From positions 1,312,001 through 1,376,000 of the forward strand of contig OZ242005.1 in NCBI GenBank assembly GCA_965204725.1: a DNA stretch of 64,000 nucleotides, read 5' to 3'. The position numbers were made by a program, and so were the translations under genes. Below the pieces are notes generated by a model, which did not search any database, was not told the DNA's origin, and was given only the letters and a program-made list of their open reading frames with translations. How positions within the stretch are numbered: the first letter of the stretch is position 1; each line of letters begins with the position of its first letter. Shown here in pieces: positions 18,412-26,903 of this stretch. This DNA comes from Candidatus Latescibacterota bacterium (GTDB lineage Bacteria > Latescibacterota > UBA2968 > UBA8231).

Positions 18412-19868
18412 TCGAGCCAGCCCTTGAATGCGTAGTAGTGCTCGTGGAAGGTGTTGGCGATCCACGCGCGCGGGACCGGCTGCCCCTTGCGTCGTCGCGC
18501 GTCGATCTGCTCCTGAGTACGCATCAACTCGGCGTGGCGGCGGCGCAGGGTTGGACTCTCGCGCAGGGTGCGCTCGATCTCGTCGTTGATGCGGTCTTCA
18601 GCCTCCTGCGCCGCCTCGGCGGTCGTCGCCCGATCCGACATGACCCGCTCTAACATCTGACGCTTAATTCGCACCACGGTCGCCTTGGGCACAAAGCGGC
18701 TAATGGACGGGGCGATGGCGAGGGTTTGGGCCGCCTCCACCGGGGCCTCGTGCGCCCCCCACTCGTTTTCGTGCCCCACCGGGCGTCGATAGAGTTCGGT
18801 GCGCGTATGCTCTGGCAACGGCGGCAAGGCGTCGGCGATCCGCACGATGTGTTCGTTGTACTCTTTGGCCGCCATGAAGGCGAGGAACAGGGTGGCCTCG
18901 GGCTTGTGCTTGCTGCCGGCGTACACCGCGACTACGCGCGTGTCGATGACGCAGTTGGGAAACTCCGCGTGGGGAAAGAAGCTGACGCCAACGCGGGGCG
19001 GGTCGTCGAATTGGCGCAAACGCACCAAGCACCAGCGCCCAATGGACACCATGCCAAAGGTGCCGTCGTTGAGCAGCGACATGGAGCCGCCGATGAACCC
19101 CCCAGCCGCGGCGAACGATTCCTTCTCGGCCGCGCTGGGGAACAGATGGTCCTTATAGGTCCACTTGTAGAGCAACTCTAGGGCGCGCACGAACCCCTGT
19201 TCTCCGAGCGTCGAGCGCGTCATGGTCTCGTTGAAGACCGAGGTGCCAAAGGTGCGGTGCAAGGTTCGCAGGAGGTACTCGTTTGTGAAGTCGTCGGCAA
19301 AATAGACCGCCCGGGGATTGCCTGCCTCGTTGGCGCGCTCGACAAACTCGCGGCCTATCGCCTCAAAGGTCGGTATGTCCCAGCGTCTAGGCGGTGGCGT
19401 CATGCCGAGGGCCTCAAAGGTCTCCAAGTTCACCCAAAAGCTGGTGGTGGTGACGTTGGCGGGGAAGCCGTACTGACGCCCGTCAACGGTCAGGAGCGGT
19501 TCGAGGGCTGGCCAAGTCTTGCTCACGTCAAAGCCGAGGCTGTCGGCTGCGTCGGTGACGTCCTCGATAAGGCCGAGTTGCTGGTACCAAGGGACCGTCA
19601 CCTGCAAGATGTCGGACGCGACCCCCGACACGCCTTGGATGACGCTCTTATCGCCCGACTGGGCGACATCGAGCCGCAGCTCGACCTTGGGCTTGTCGTT
19701 GTCAATGAGCCACTGGTGGAAGAGCTCCACATCCTTGATGCGAAACGGATTGGTGCCGGTGCCAAAGTAGATGATCGGGACTTCGCTCTGGGCACCGGGC
19801 TGGGTGGCGATAATGCCGGCGGAGGCGAGCACCAGCCCCACGGCGATGGTCGCAAAGAGCCAGCGCAT
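18408..19868 (-). CDS. Carbohydrate ABC substrate-binding protein
   Basis: Signal peptide; VDGRQYGFPAN, family-1 SBP character; directly upstream of two permeases. Confidence 0.82.
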   Translation of the reverse strand: MRWLFATIAVGLVLASAGIIATQPGAQSEVPIIYFGTGTNPFRIKDVELFHQWLIDNDKPKVELRLDVAQSGDKSVIQGVSGVASDILQVTVPWYQQLGLIEDVTDAADSLGFDVSKTWPALEPLLTVDGRQYGFPANVTTTSFWVNLETFEALGMTPPPRRWDIPTFEAIGREFVERANEAGNPRAVYFADDFTNEYLLRTLHRTFGTSVFNETMTRSTLGEQGFVRALELLYKWTYKDHLFPSAAEKESFAAAGGFIGGSMSLLNDGTFGMVSIGRWCLVRLRQFDDPPRVGVSFFPHAEFPNCVIDTRVVAVYAGSKHKPEATLFLAFMAAKEYNEHIVRIADALPPLPEHTRTELYRRPVGHENEWGAHEAPVEAAQTLAIAPSISRFVPKATVVRIKRQMLERVMSDRATTAEAAQEAEDRINDEIERTLRESPTLRRRHAELMRTQEQIDARRRKGQPVPRAWIANTFHEHYYAFKGWLE

Positions 19869-19877
19869 CCGCGGAGC

Positions 19878-21422
19878 CTAGGGCCTATTCATGGCCGGCG
19901 CGGCGGGTGGAGACGCCTCGGCGCGGAATGTTGCGAGGGCTTGGGCGGCCGCGGCCGAGTCGCCGGCCTGCCGGTACGCGAGGACGAGCCCCCGCTGGGC
20001 CGCTGGCAAATCGGGATCGTGGGCTAGCGCCTGCTCGTATCGCTGGGCCGCTATACGGGCATCGCCTTGTTGCAACTCGAGGTTCCCCAGGGCGATGAGG
20101 ACGTCGGCCGAATGCTCGGAAAACTTTAGAGCCTGTTCGTACGCCTCGCGGCTCAGGTCTATGTAGCCGCCGGTGGCGTAGGCCGTGCCTAAGTTGTACC
20201 ACGCCAAGCCATAGTCTGGCTTGAGGTTTAGGGCTTGGCGGTACGCGGCGATTGCCTCGCCGGAACGACCCAAGCGGATGTGGGCATTGCCGAGATTTTG
20301 CCAAGCCCGGGCGTTGTCTGGCTGGAGGGACAAGCCGTCGCGCAGGTGTCTTACGGTGCCCGCGTCGTGCCCGAGGCGGGCGTAGAGGCGAGCGAGGTCG
20401 AAGTGGGTGCTGGGATTGCGCCCCGGCTGAGCCAGTGCCCGCAGACGCTCGATCTCGGCCACGTGCGGCTCGATGCGCCGATGGGCCGCACGCTGCGCTT
20501 GGGCGTCTCGGCGGCGTCCCAGATGGCGGTACGCGGAAGCCAACTGCAACCGGATGTCGGGATGCACCGGGTCGAGCGCGAGCGCCCGCTCAAGCGCGGT
20601 GGTTGCCTCGGCGTACTGCTTGAGCTTGGACCGGGACACGCCGAGGCCGATGTGTGCCTCGACCGCAGCGGGGTCGAGTTGGACTGCGGTCGCAAACGCC
20701 TGCCGGGCTTCGCGGACCCGTCCTACTTGCAGGAGTGCGCGGCCGACCGCGACCTCGTAGCGGACGCTGTCCGGTGCCAAGGCGACAGCGCGTTGGAGGA
20801 GCGGCAACCCTTCGGCACAGCGTCCGAGCCGCTCGCACTGGAGAGCACCCAACGCGAAGGTCGCCTCGTGCGACGCGGGCGCCAATTCTACCGCCCGCTC
20901 CAGCGCAGTCTGCGCGGCCGCTACATCCCCGCGAGCTACCTGCACCGCGCCCATCAGCTTGTGCAGCGTAGGGCGGGCCGGGTCCAGCGCGCTCGCTTCG
21001 GCGAGCGCGTCTTGGGCGTTTGCGAGTTGCCCGAGCGCGAGCCACGCCACTGCTAGCCGCTCCAACGTCGTGGCATCGCGTTGCGCCGCGACGGCTCGCT
21101 GCGCTAGGGCGAGCGCGGTCTCGTGGTCGCGGATCCGGGCCAGCACCTCGCTAAGCCCCATCAGCGCCCCCACGTGCAGACTATCCGAGCGGAGAATCGC
21201 TTGGAACTGATCCATCGACCGATCGGTTTGCCCCAAGCTGAGCAACACGCGGGCCAGCGCCAGCCGAGTCTCGGTATCGGCGGGACGCTCGCGCAATCGT
21301 TTTTCATAGGTTAGCTGCAACCGCCCCAGCTCGTCGGCCGTGGGCGGGCGTTGGCTCTCGCACCCCCCGAGAGCTAGGATCAGGATGAGACCGTGCGCAG
21401 CGGCTCTCACAGGGGCGTCCAT
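19878..21422 (-). CDS. TPR-repeat lipoprotein
   Basis: Lipobox LGGC; repeated 34-aa helical units such as AWQNLGNAHIRLGRSGEAIAAYRQAL. Confidence 0.88.
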   Translation of the reverse strand: MDAPVRAAAHGLILILALGGCESQRPPTADELGRLQLTYEKRLRERPADTETRLALARVLLSLGQTDRSMDQFQAILRSDSLHVGALMGLSEVLARIRDHETALALAQRAVAAQRDATTLERLAVAWLALGQLANAQDALAEASALDPARPTLHKLMGAVQVARGDVAAAQTALERAVELAPASHEATFALGALQCERLGRCAEGLPLLQRAVALAPDSVRYEVAVGRALLQVGRVREARQAFATAVQLDPAAVEAHIGLGVSRSKLKQYAEATTALERALALDPVHPDIRLQLASAYRHLGRRRDAQAQRAAHRRIEPHVAEIERLRALAQPGRNPSTHFDLARLYARLGHDAGTVRHLRDGLSLQPDNARAWQNLGNAHIRLGRSGEAIAAYRQALNLKPDYGLAWYNLGTAYATGGYIDLSREAYEQALKFSEHSADVLIALGNLELQQGDARIAAQRYEQALAHDPDLPAAQRGLVLAYRQAGDSAAAAQALATFRAEASPPAAPAMNRP

Positions 21423-23068
21423 GGCTCGCCTTCTACGATGCGGACAAAGCGGCCGGCCGGCACGGTGCCTACGGCCTGCGATCCACCCGATGGCCAGCGA
21501 ATCAGGATGCTATCTACCGCCGTCCTGCGCCCGAGCCCGAAGTGTAGCCGCAGGTCGTTGTGGGACAGGTAGCTGCTGCCGCCCCGCACCTCGGCCATCT
21601 GCCGCAGATCGTCGGAGAAAACAGTGACCCGCGCCCCGATCCCGCTGCGATTGCTCCGCGTACCTTCGACCTCAACCGAGATCCAGTTGGCTCGGTTGCC
21701 GCCGTCGTTTCTGAGCAGGTGCGGACGTTGGTTGTTATTCGACACGAACAGATCGACGTCGCCGTCGTTGTCGTAGTCGGCCGCTGCGGAGCCTCGCCCC
21801 ACACCCGCTGAGAACGCCGTCAGACCGCTCGCGACCGTCGCATCGGTGAAGGTGCCGTCGCGATTGTTGAGGAAGAGCTGGTCGTGCTGGGCATAGCGCG
21901 GGCCGGCGCTGTCGAGAATCTCAATGTTGGGCTCGACGTGGCCGTTGGCGAGAAACAGATCGGGGTATCCGTCGTTGTCGATGTCGATAAAATCGGTCCC
22001 AAAGGTGAGGGTCTGATAGGTCGGCCCGCCCAGTCCGCTCGGCGCGGTGCGGTCTTCAAATCGGCCTCCCCCGGCATTGTGCAGCAGCCGGCAGGGCTCC
22101 CACTGAAAATTGCACACCCCGAGGTCGAGGCGGCCGTCGCGATCGTAATCGGCCCAATCGGTGCCCATTCCCGCCTCTGGGCTCCCGTCGGGGCTGGTCG
22201 CGACGCCGGCCGAGACTCCGATTTCGGCAAATCGGGAGCGGTCGTTGCGGAACAGGAAATTCGGCTCGTGGTCATTGGCGACGTAGAGATCGAAGTCGCC
22301 GTCGTCGTCGTAGTCGGCAAATCCCACGCCGAGTTGGCGGCCCTCTTCGGTCCAGAGACCCATTGAGCCGGTGATGTCCGTGAAACGGAGGTCGCCGTCG
22401 TTGCGGAACAGCGCCCCGGAATCGCCGGGATAGGCCCTAGGGCCGCAGTAAATCTGAATCGGCCCGCGACTGCATTCCGGGTGCTCGTCCCTGCCAATCC
22501 GCACGTCGTTGGCGACATACAGATCCAAATCGCTGTCGAGATCGATGTCGGCAAAGGCCGCGCTCGTCGAGACTCGTAGATCGCCGGTCCCCGACAGTTC
22601 GGTCGCGTCTGCAAAGCGGCCGTTACCCAAGTTGCGATAGAGCCGATTGGCACCCCAGTTGGTGACGTAGAGATCGGCGTGGCCATCGTTGTCGAGGTCC
22701 CCAACGCCGACCCCCATGCCAAAGCTGGTGTCGGCGACCCCTGCTTGGGCTGCTCTATCGACAAAGGTCCCGTCGGTCTGATTTATAAACAGAGCATTGG
22801 CCGGCCGATCCGCGGTGCGTGCGCCGTGGATCGGAGCGCTGTTGACGACGTAGAGATCGGGAAAGCCGTCGCCGTTGAAGTCGGCAAATGCGGCCCCCGA
22901 ACCATGGGTTTCGGGATAGTAGTACGACCCGGCCGCGCCATTGAAGTGGCGGAATTCGACCCCTGCTTGGGCTGCGACCTCGCTGAATCGAGGGAGGGGC
23001 CGCGCCGGTTCCTCATCGTCGCTGCAACCCGACAAAACGAGGGCTGCCACCCAAGCAACGCGCAGCAT
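21407..23068 (-). CDS. CRTAC1-family lipoprotein (FG-GAP/VCBS propeller + ASPIC/UnbV)
   Basis: Lipobox LSGC; repeated D(F/Y)DNDGxxDL(Y/F)V; C-terminal GGSSYLS...LHFGLG...IRWPSG; start could be 23131. Confidence 0.92.
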   Translation of the reverse strand: MLRVAWVAALVLSGCSDDEEPARPLPRFSEVAAQAGVEFRHFNGAAGSYYYPETHGSGAAFADFNGDGFPDLYVVNSAPIHGARTADRPANALFINQTDGTFVDRAAQAGVADTSFGMGVGVGDLDNDGHADLYVTNWGANRLYRNLGNGRFADATELSGTGDLRVSTSAAFADIDLDSDLDLYVANDVRIGRDEHPECSRGPIQIYCGPRAYPGDSGALFRNDGDLRFTDITGSMGLWTEEGRQLGVGFADYDDDGDFDLYVANDHEPNFLFRNDRSRFAEIGVSAGVATSPDGSPEAGMGTDWADYDRDGRLDLGVCNFQWEPCRLLHNAGGGRFEDRTAPSGLGGPTYQTLTFGTDFIDIDNDGYPDLFLANGHVEPNIEILDSAGPRYAQHDQLFLNNRDGTFTDATVASGLTAFSAGVGRGSAAADYDNDGDVDLFVSNNNQRPHLLRNDGGNRANWISVEVEGTRSNRSGIGARVTVFSDDLRQMAEVRGGSSYLSHNDLRLHFGLGRRTAVDSILIRWPSGGSQAVGTVPAGRFVRIVEGEPWTPL

Positions 23069-23186
23069 CCGACCGAGCCATGGACGATTTGGGGAGGGGC
23101 TATTGGAGGGCTGCTGTACCTTATTCATCATAATCGCGCTACAAGGTACTCACCTTGCAAAGCCCTATCAAGCGCGGGCCAAAGAC

Positions 23187-23215
23187 TTGAAATTTTTGTG
23201 CCAGCGTCCTAAATT
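23187..23215 (+). promoter_or_regulatory. Putative sigma70 promoter of the 23288-36839 operon
   Basis: TTGAAA-17 nt-TAAATT in the divergent intergenic region. Confidence 0.55.
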
Positions 23216-23287
23216 ACCGCCCTCGCTAACCCTACCGGCTCCCTTCGGCCAAGCGGCGAAGCGGAGACATGAACGAGAGGAGATCTC

Positions 23288-24190
23288 ATGCGGAAGAAAG
23301 CAATACTCAGCACCCTAGCCCTCGGCAGTGTGCTGCTGATGGGCCTTGCGGCCCCAGCCGCAGCGTACGAAAACTGCAACGGCGTTGGCTATTTTGCCCT
23401 GCAGGTGCCCAACCCAGAATCCATGAACCCCGATGGCGATGACAGCGACTGGGGTTGGTTCGACCCCGACTTCATCATCGGTCGCGACCAACTGTGCGAC
23501 GTGATCGGCGCAGGTGAGTTTCCAGCGCGCAGCGACCTCGACATCGCTCACCACGTGGGCTGGACCCCCGAGCCGGACAATCGGCTCTACGTATTTACGC
23601 GCGTCGTCGATGACACGCTCAACGCCGACGTCACCGAGCCGAACGACGGCTGGCACGACGACGACCTAGAGCTGATTCTCGATCCCGATCACGGAGTGTG
23701 GAACGAGGCACCGGACGCCCTCCGCACCGGGCACCAGCAGTGGACCTTTCACTACGCTCGCCCCGGTGGGTATCCCCTCGTATCCTTCCTGCGCTGGAAC
23801 CAGCCGACCGAGATGCAATGGGGCCCCGAGTCCGGGGCTGTTGAGGGGGCGGTCGTGGTCTCTCCAGCGGGCGCCGGGCACTTGTCCACGGACGTGACGG
23901 TGAATTACGAGGTTCGCATGGAGGCCTACGACCCGTACCAGCCAGATGGGCGCGACGCCAGCGTCCGCTGGATCTTTGAAGCAGGCCAGACGATTGGTAT
24001 GTCCCTGAGCCTCAATGAGGCGGACAGTGGCGGGCGAACCCACCAAATCACGACGCACATCCAAAACGGCGGTGCTCATAGTTCGGAATTCTCTTCCGAG
24101 TTCACCTTGCTGAGCACCGATGAGTACACTGCTACTGCTACTTCCGTCGATGGGAGTAGTTGGGGCGCAGTGAAGGCGTTGATGAGGTAA
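23288..24190 (+). CDS. Secreted CBM9/DOMON-like protein with C-terminal TSVDGSSWGAVK tail
   Basis: Signal peptide; PDGDDSDW, GW...NRLYVFTRVVDD, DDDLELILDPDH, GQTIGMSLSLNEAD; RBS gaggag. Confidence 0.7.
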   Translation: MRKKAILSTLALGSVLLMGLAAPAAAYENCNGVGYFALQVPNPESMNPDGDDSDWGWFDPDFIIGRDQLCDVIGAGEFPARSDLDIAHHVGWTPEPDNRLYVFTRVVDDTLNADVTEPNDGWHDDDLELILDPDHGVWNEAPDALRTGHQQWTFHYARPGGYPLVSFLRWNQPTEMQWGPESGAVEGAVVVSPAGAGHLSTDVTVNYEVRMEAYDPYQPDGRDASVRWIFEAGQTIGMSLSLNEADSGGRTHQITTHIQNGGAHSSEFSSEFTLLSTDEYTATATSVDGSSWGAVKALMR

Positions 24191-24217
24191 GTAAAAAGAC
24201 GCGCCTATTTGTTGCTC

Positions 24218-24251
24218 AAGGAGGGAGGGCTGTCCTCCCTCCTTAACTTTT
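24218..24251 (+). terminator. Intra-operon stem-loop / terminator
   Basis: aaggagggagg-gctgt-cctccctcctt followed by aactttt. Confidence 0.7.
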
Positions 24252-24285
24252 CTAACCCCATCCCGGACGGCGTGAAGAGGTTGTT

Positions 24286-25008
24286 TTGCGAGTGCTTTGT
24301 ACCTGCCTATTGATCTTGGTCGCGTCCGGCTGTGGGCGCTACTTCCCGGGGCCTCTCCAGCCCCGACCTCGGGCCGAGCAGGGCGAACACATGGTGGTCC
24401 ACGATGACGGATCCGTCGCCTATGTCTTTGAGCGGCTCGACATCGCACTCCGACCGATGACGGACGCGGAGCTCAACCGTAGTTTTGCCACGAAGTCGGA
24501 CGCCGGAGCGCAGTCCACCAACCCCTTCACCTTCGGTGATTGGACCCCCCCCGGAGAGTCGTTTACACCCCAGCGATTTACCGTATTCCTGCTTCGGGTT
24601 AAAAACTATGCGTATCCGAAGGTCAAGATCGATCCGGCGCGGATCGAGTTGCAATCCTCCAGTGCGCGTTTGTACAAGCCCCTGACCTTTCTCGAAATCA
24701 GCGAGTACTACCGAGCGTATGCGTTGGCTTGGGCCGGAAACTACTATGCGCGCATGCGCGAGCGCGAGGATCTGCTGCGTCTCCATCTATATGCCGACAA
24801 GATGATCTTCAGTGGCCAAGAGTACGAAGGCTTTATCGTATTTCCGCCCATGCCCCCGGACGTGACCGAGTTGTCCATTCGAGTCAGCGACGTCGCGGTT
24901 CGTTTCGACTACGCTGACGTGCCGGTGGAGACCCTCGATCTGACCTACGGATTCCAACGCGACGTCTTTAGGGGCTACCAGCCACCCGCCGCCGTTTCGG
25001 CCCGCTGA
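24286..25008 (+). CDS. Uncharacterised lipoprotein (Ig-like beta fold predicted)
   Basis: Lipobox ASGC; FTVFLLRVKNYAYPKV...GQEYEGFIVFP; TTG start. Confidence 0.75.
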   Translation: MRVLCTCLLILVASGCGRYFPGPLQPRPRAEQGEHMVVHDDGSVAYVFERLDIALRPMTDAELNRSFATKSDAGAQSTNPFTFGDWTPPGESFTPQRFTVFLLRVKNYAYPKVKIDPARIELQSSSARLYKPLTFLEISEYYRAYALAWAGNYYARMREREDLLRLHLYADKMIFSGQEYEGFIVFPPMPPDVTELSIRVSDVAVRFDYADVPVETLDLTYGFQRDVFRGYQPPAAVSAR

Positions 25009-25009
25009 C

Positions 25010-26878
25010 GTGCCCCGCACAGCCAAACGCGCACTGGTTCTGACGTTCCTCCTGAGCATTGATGCGGGCGGCCAGATCGAGACCGTGCGCATTGGGCAGG
25101 GTGGCGACCCTTGGCAGAGCATGGAGCTAGTGGCTGCGGGGGCGCAGGTCACGGCCGACTCGCTGCTACCGGCCGGCTTCACGGCCGATGAAAACATTGT
25201 TGCCGCCGTGCGCTGGACGGATGTCGGAACAGGCCCGGACGAGTTCATCCCCGAGGGCGGAGGCCGGGTGTGGGCGCGCGTTGCCGACGGTCAGCCCAAT
25301 GGCGTTCTCGTTGATGGCAATCCCAACACATCCACTGGGGAGCGATTTCAGATTCCCGGCCAGTCTCAGGACGGTCGGATCTTCGTCTTCGATTTGGGAG
25401 CCTCGTTTCCGGTCGAACGAATAGCCTTCTACCCCAACCCAGCCGATAGCACCGCCTTCCTGCGAGCCTACGAAGTTAAGGCGAGCGACGGGCGCTCTTT
25501 TGGCACGGGCGAGCGGCCGATCTACGAGACCCTAGCCCGGGTCGAGATTTCCAACAAGGTTCGGACGGAGGCCGAGTTTCCACGACAACTCGTCCGCTAT
25601 ATCCGCTTGGAAACGCTCGAACCGAATCCCTTTGACATCGCCGAGATCGAGGTGTTTGGCCGGGGGTTTGTCCCCCGTGCTCAGTACGTCTCCGACTTCA
25701 TTCGCTTCGATGGCGGCGGGCGTAACTTTGGTCGCCTGACGGTCCACGCGACCCGCGTGTCCAACGAGCCTGCCGTAGCTTCGGCCGACCCAGTGCAGGC
25801 GGTGCTCCAAGTGCGAGCGGGCAACGACACTTCGCCGGAGTCCTACTTTCAGATCGATCTCGAAACCGGCAGTGAGACCGAGATCTCGGAGGAGGCGTAC
25901 CAAAACCTCATCGACCGCGAGCGCACGGCGCGATACGATGCCGCAAACTGGAGTGCGTGGTCCAATCCGGTGGTGATCGATTCGACCGGCTCCTACGAGA
26001 TCAGTCTCGATTTTCTGCCGATGCCGCGGCCCTTCTTCCAGTTCCGATTTTTCTTTGAGGGCACTGCGACCGACGTGATTCGGATCGATGCTTTGGAGTT
26101 CACCCACTCGGCCCCCCTCGCTCAAGGGACGCGAGCCGAGGTCGCCCTCGTCGGCGATCCCTTTCCGCAGACCGGCGTGGCCACCGTCGCGACTGGGCAG
26201 CCCGCGACCTTTGAGTACGCCTTGGCGGCGGAGTTGTCGGGCGACGAGGGGTTCGATGGTTTGCGGATCGCAACGCTGGGCACGGCTCAGTTGGAGTCGG
26301 TGTCAATCGGCGACGACCGCACACAAGTGGTCGTCGATAGCGTCGCGTACGACGACCGCGGCCTGTCGTTCTTCTTCCCGAGCCGCCCAATCACGGCCGC
26401 GAGCAACGCTACGCTCTTTGTGCGGTTTACAGCAACGCCCCTGCGATACACGACCCTGTTCCAAGGTTGGCTCCTCAGTTCAGCGGGGGCGGTTCCGCAG
26501 CGGGTTGCTCCCGGCGATGCCACCAACCTGCTCAGCACGAATTCCGTCGTGGTCTTTGGTTCGCTTGGCGATCCCCTGAGCCGATTCAATCTGGGGGCTG
26601 GGGTCGTGACGCCGAATGGGGATGGCCGGAACGACGACTTGGTGCTGCAGTACGACCTCGTATTCCTCATCGAACCAGCGCGAGTGGGCATTACCGTTCA
26701 CGATCTATCGGGTCGGCTCGTTCACACCTTTCTGCAAGCGGAGCAGGCGGCCGGCAGCTACCTAGCCAGATGGAGCGAGGCCCACAAGCTGCGGCCGGGG
26801 CACTACATCGTCCGCCTGCACGTCGAAACGCAGGCCGAAGCGTTTGAACGCCTCCGACTCGTGGCGGTGTCCTACTAA
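25010..26878 (+). CDS. Secreted protein: discoidin-like domain + conserved core + FlgD-Ig/TPNGD C-terminal domain (paralog 1)
   Basis: FDLGASFPVERIAFYP, VRYIRL, AEIEVFGRG, NWSAWS, VTPNGDGRND, VHDLSGRLV, ends VAVSY. Confidence 0.8.
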   Translation: MPRTAKRALVLTFLLSIDAGGQIETVRIGQGGDPWQSMELVAAGAQVTADSLLPAGFTADENIVAAVRWTDVGTGPDEFIPEGGGRVWARVADGQPNGVLVDGNPNTSTGERFQIPGQSQDGRIFVFDLGASFPVERIAFYPNPADSTAFLRAYEVKASDGRSFGTGERPIYETLARVEISNKVRTEAEFPRQLVRYIRLETLEPNPFDIAEIEVFGRGFVPRAQYVSDFIRFDGGGRNFGRLTVHATRVSNEPAVASADPVQAVLQVRAGNDTSPESYFQIDLETGSETEISEEAYQNLIDRERTARYDAANWSAWSNPVVIDSTGSYEISLDFLPMPRPFFQFRFFFEGTATDVIRIDALEFTHSAPLAQGTRAEVALVGDPFPQTGVATVATGQPATFEYALAAELSGDEGFDGLRIATLGTAQLESVSIGDDRTQVVVDSVAYDDRGLSFFFPSRPITAASNATLFVRFTATPLRYTTLFQGWLLSSAGAVPQRVAPGDATNLLSTNSVVVFGSLGDPLSRFNLGAGVVTPNGDGRNDDLVLQYDLVFLIEPARVGITVHDLSGRLVHTFLQAEQAAGSYLARWSEAHKLRPGHYIVRLHVETQAEAFERLRLVAVSY

Positions 26879-26903
26879 GAGCAGGCAAGGGGAGGGGAAA
26901 ACT

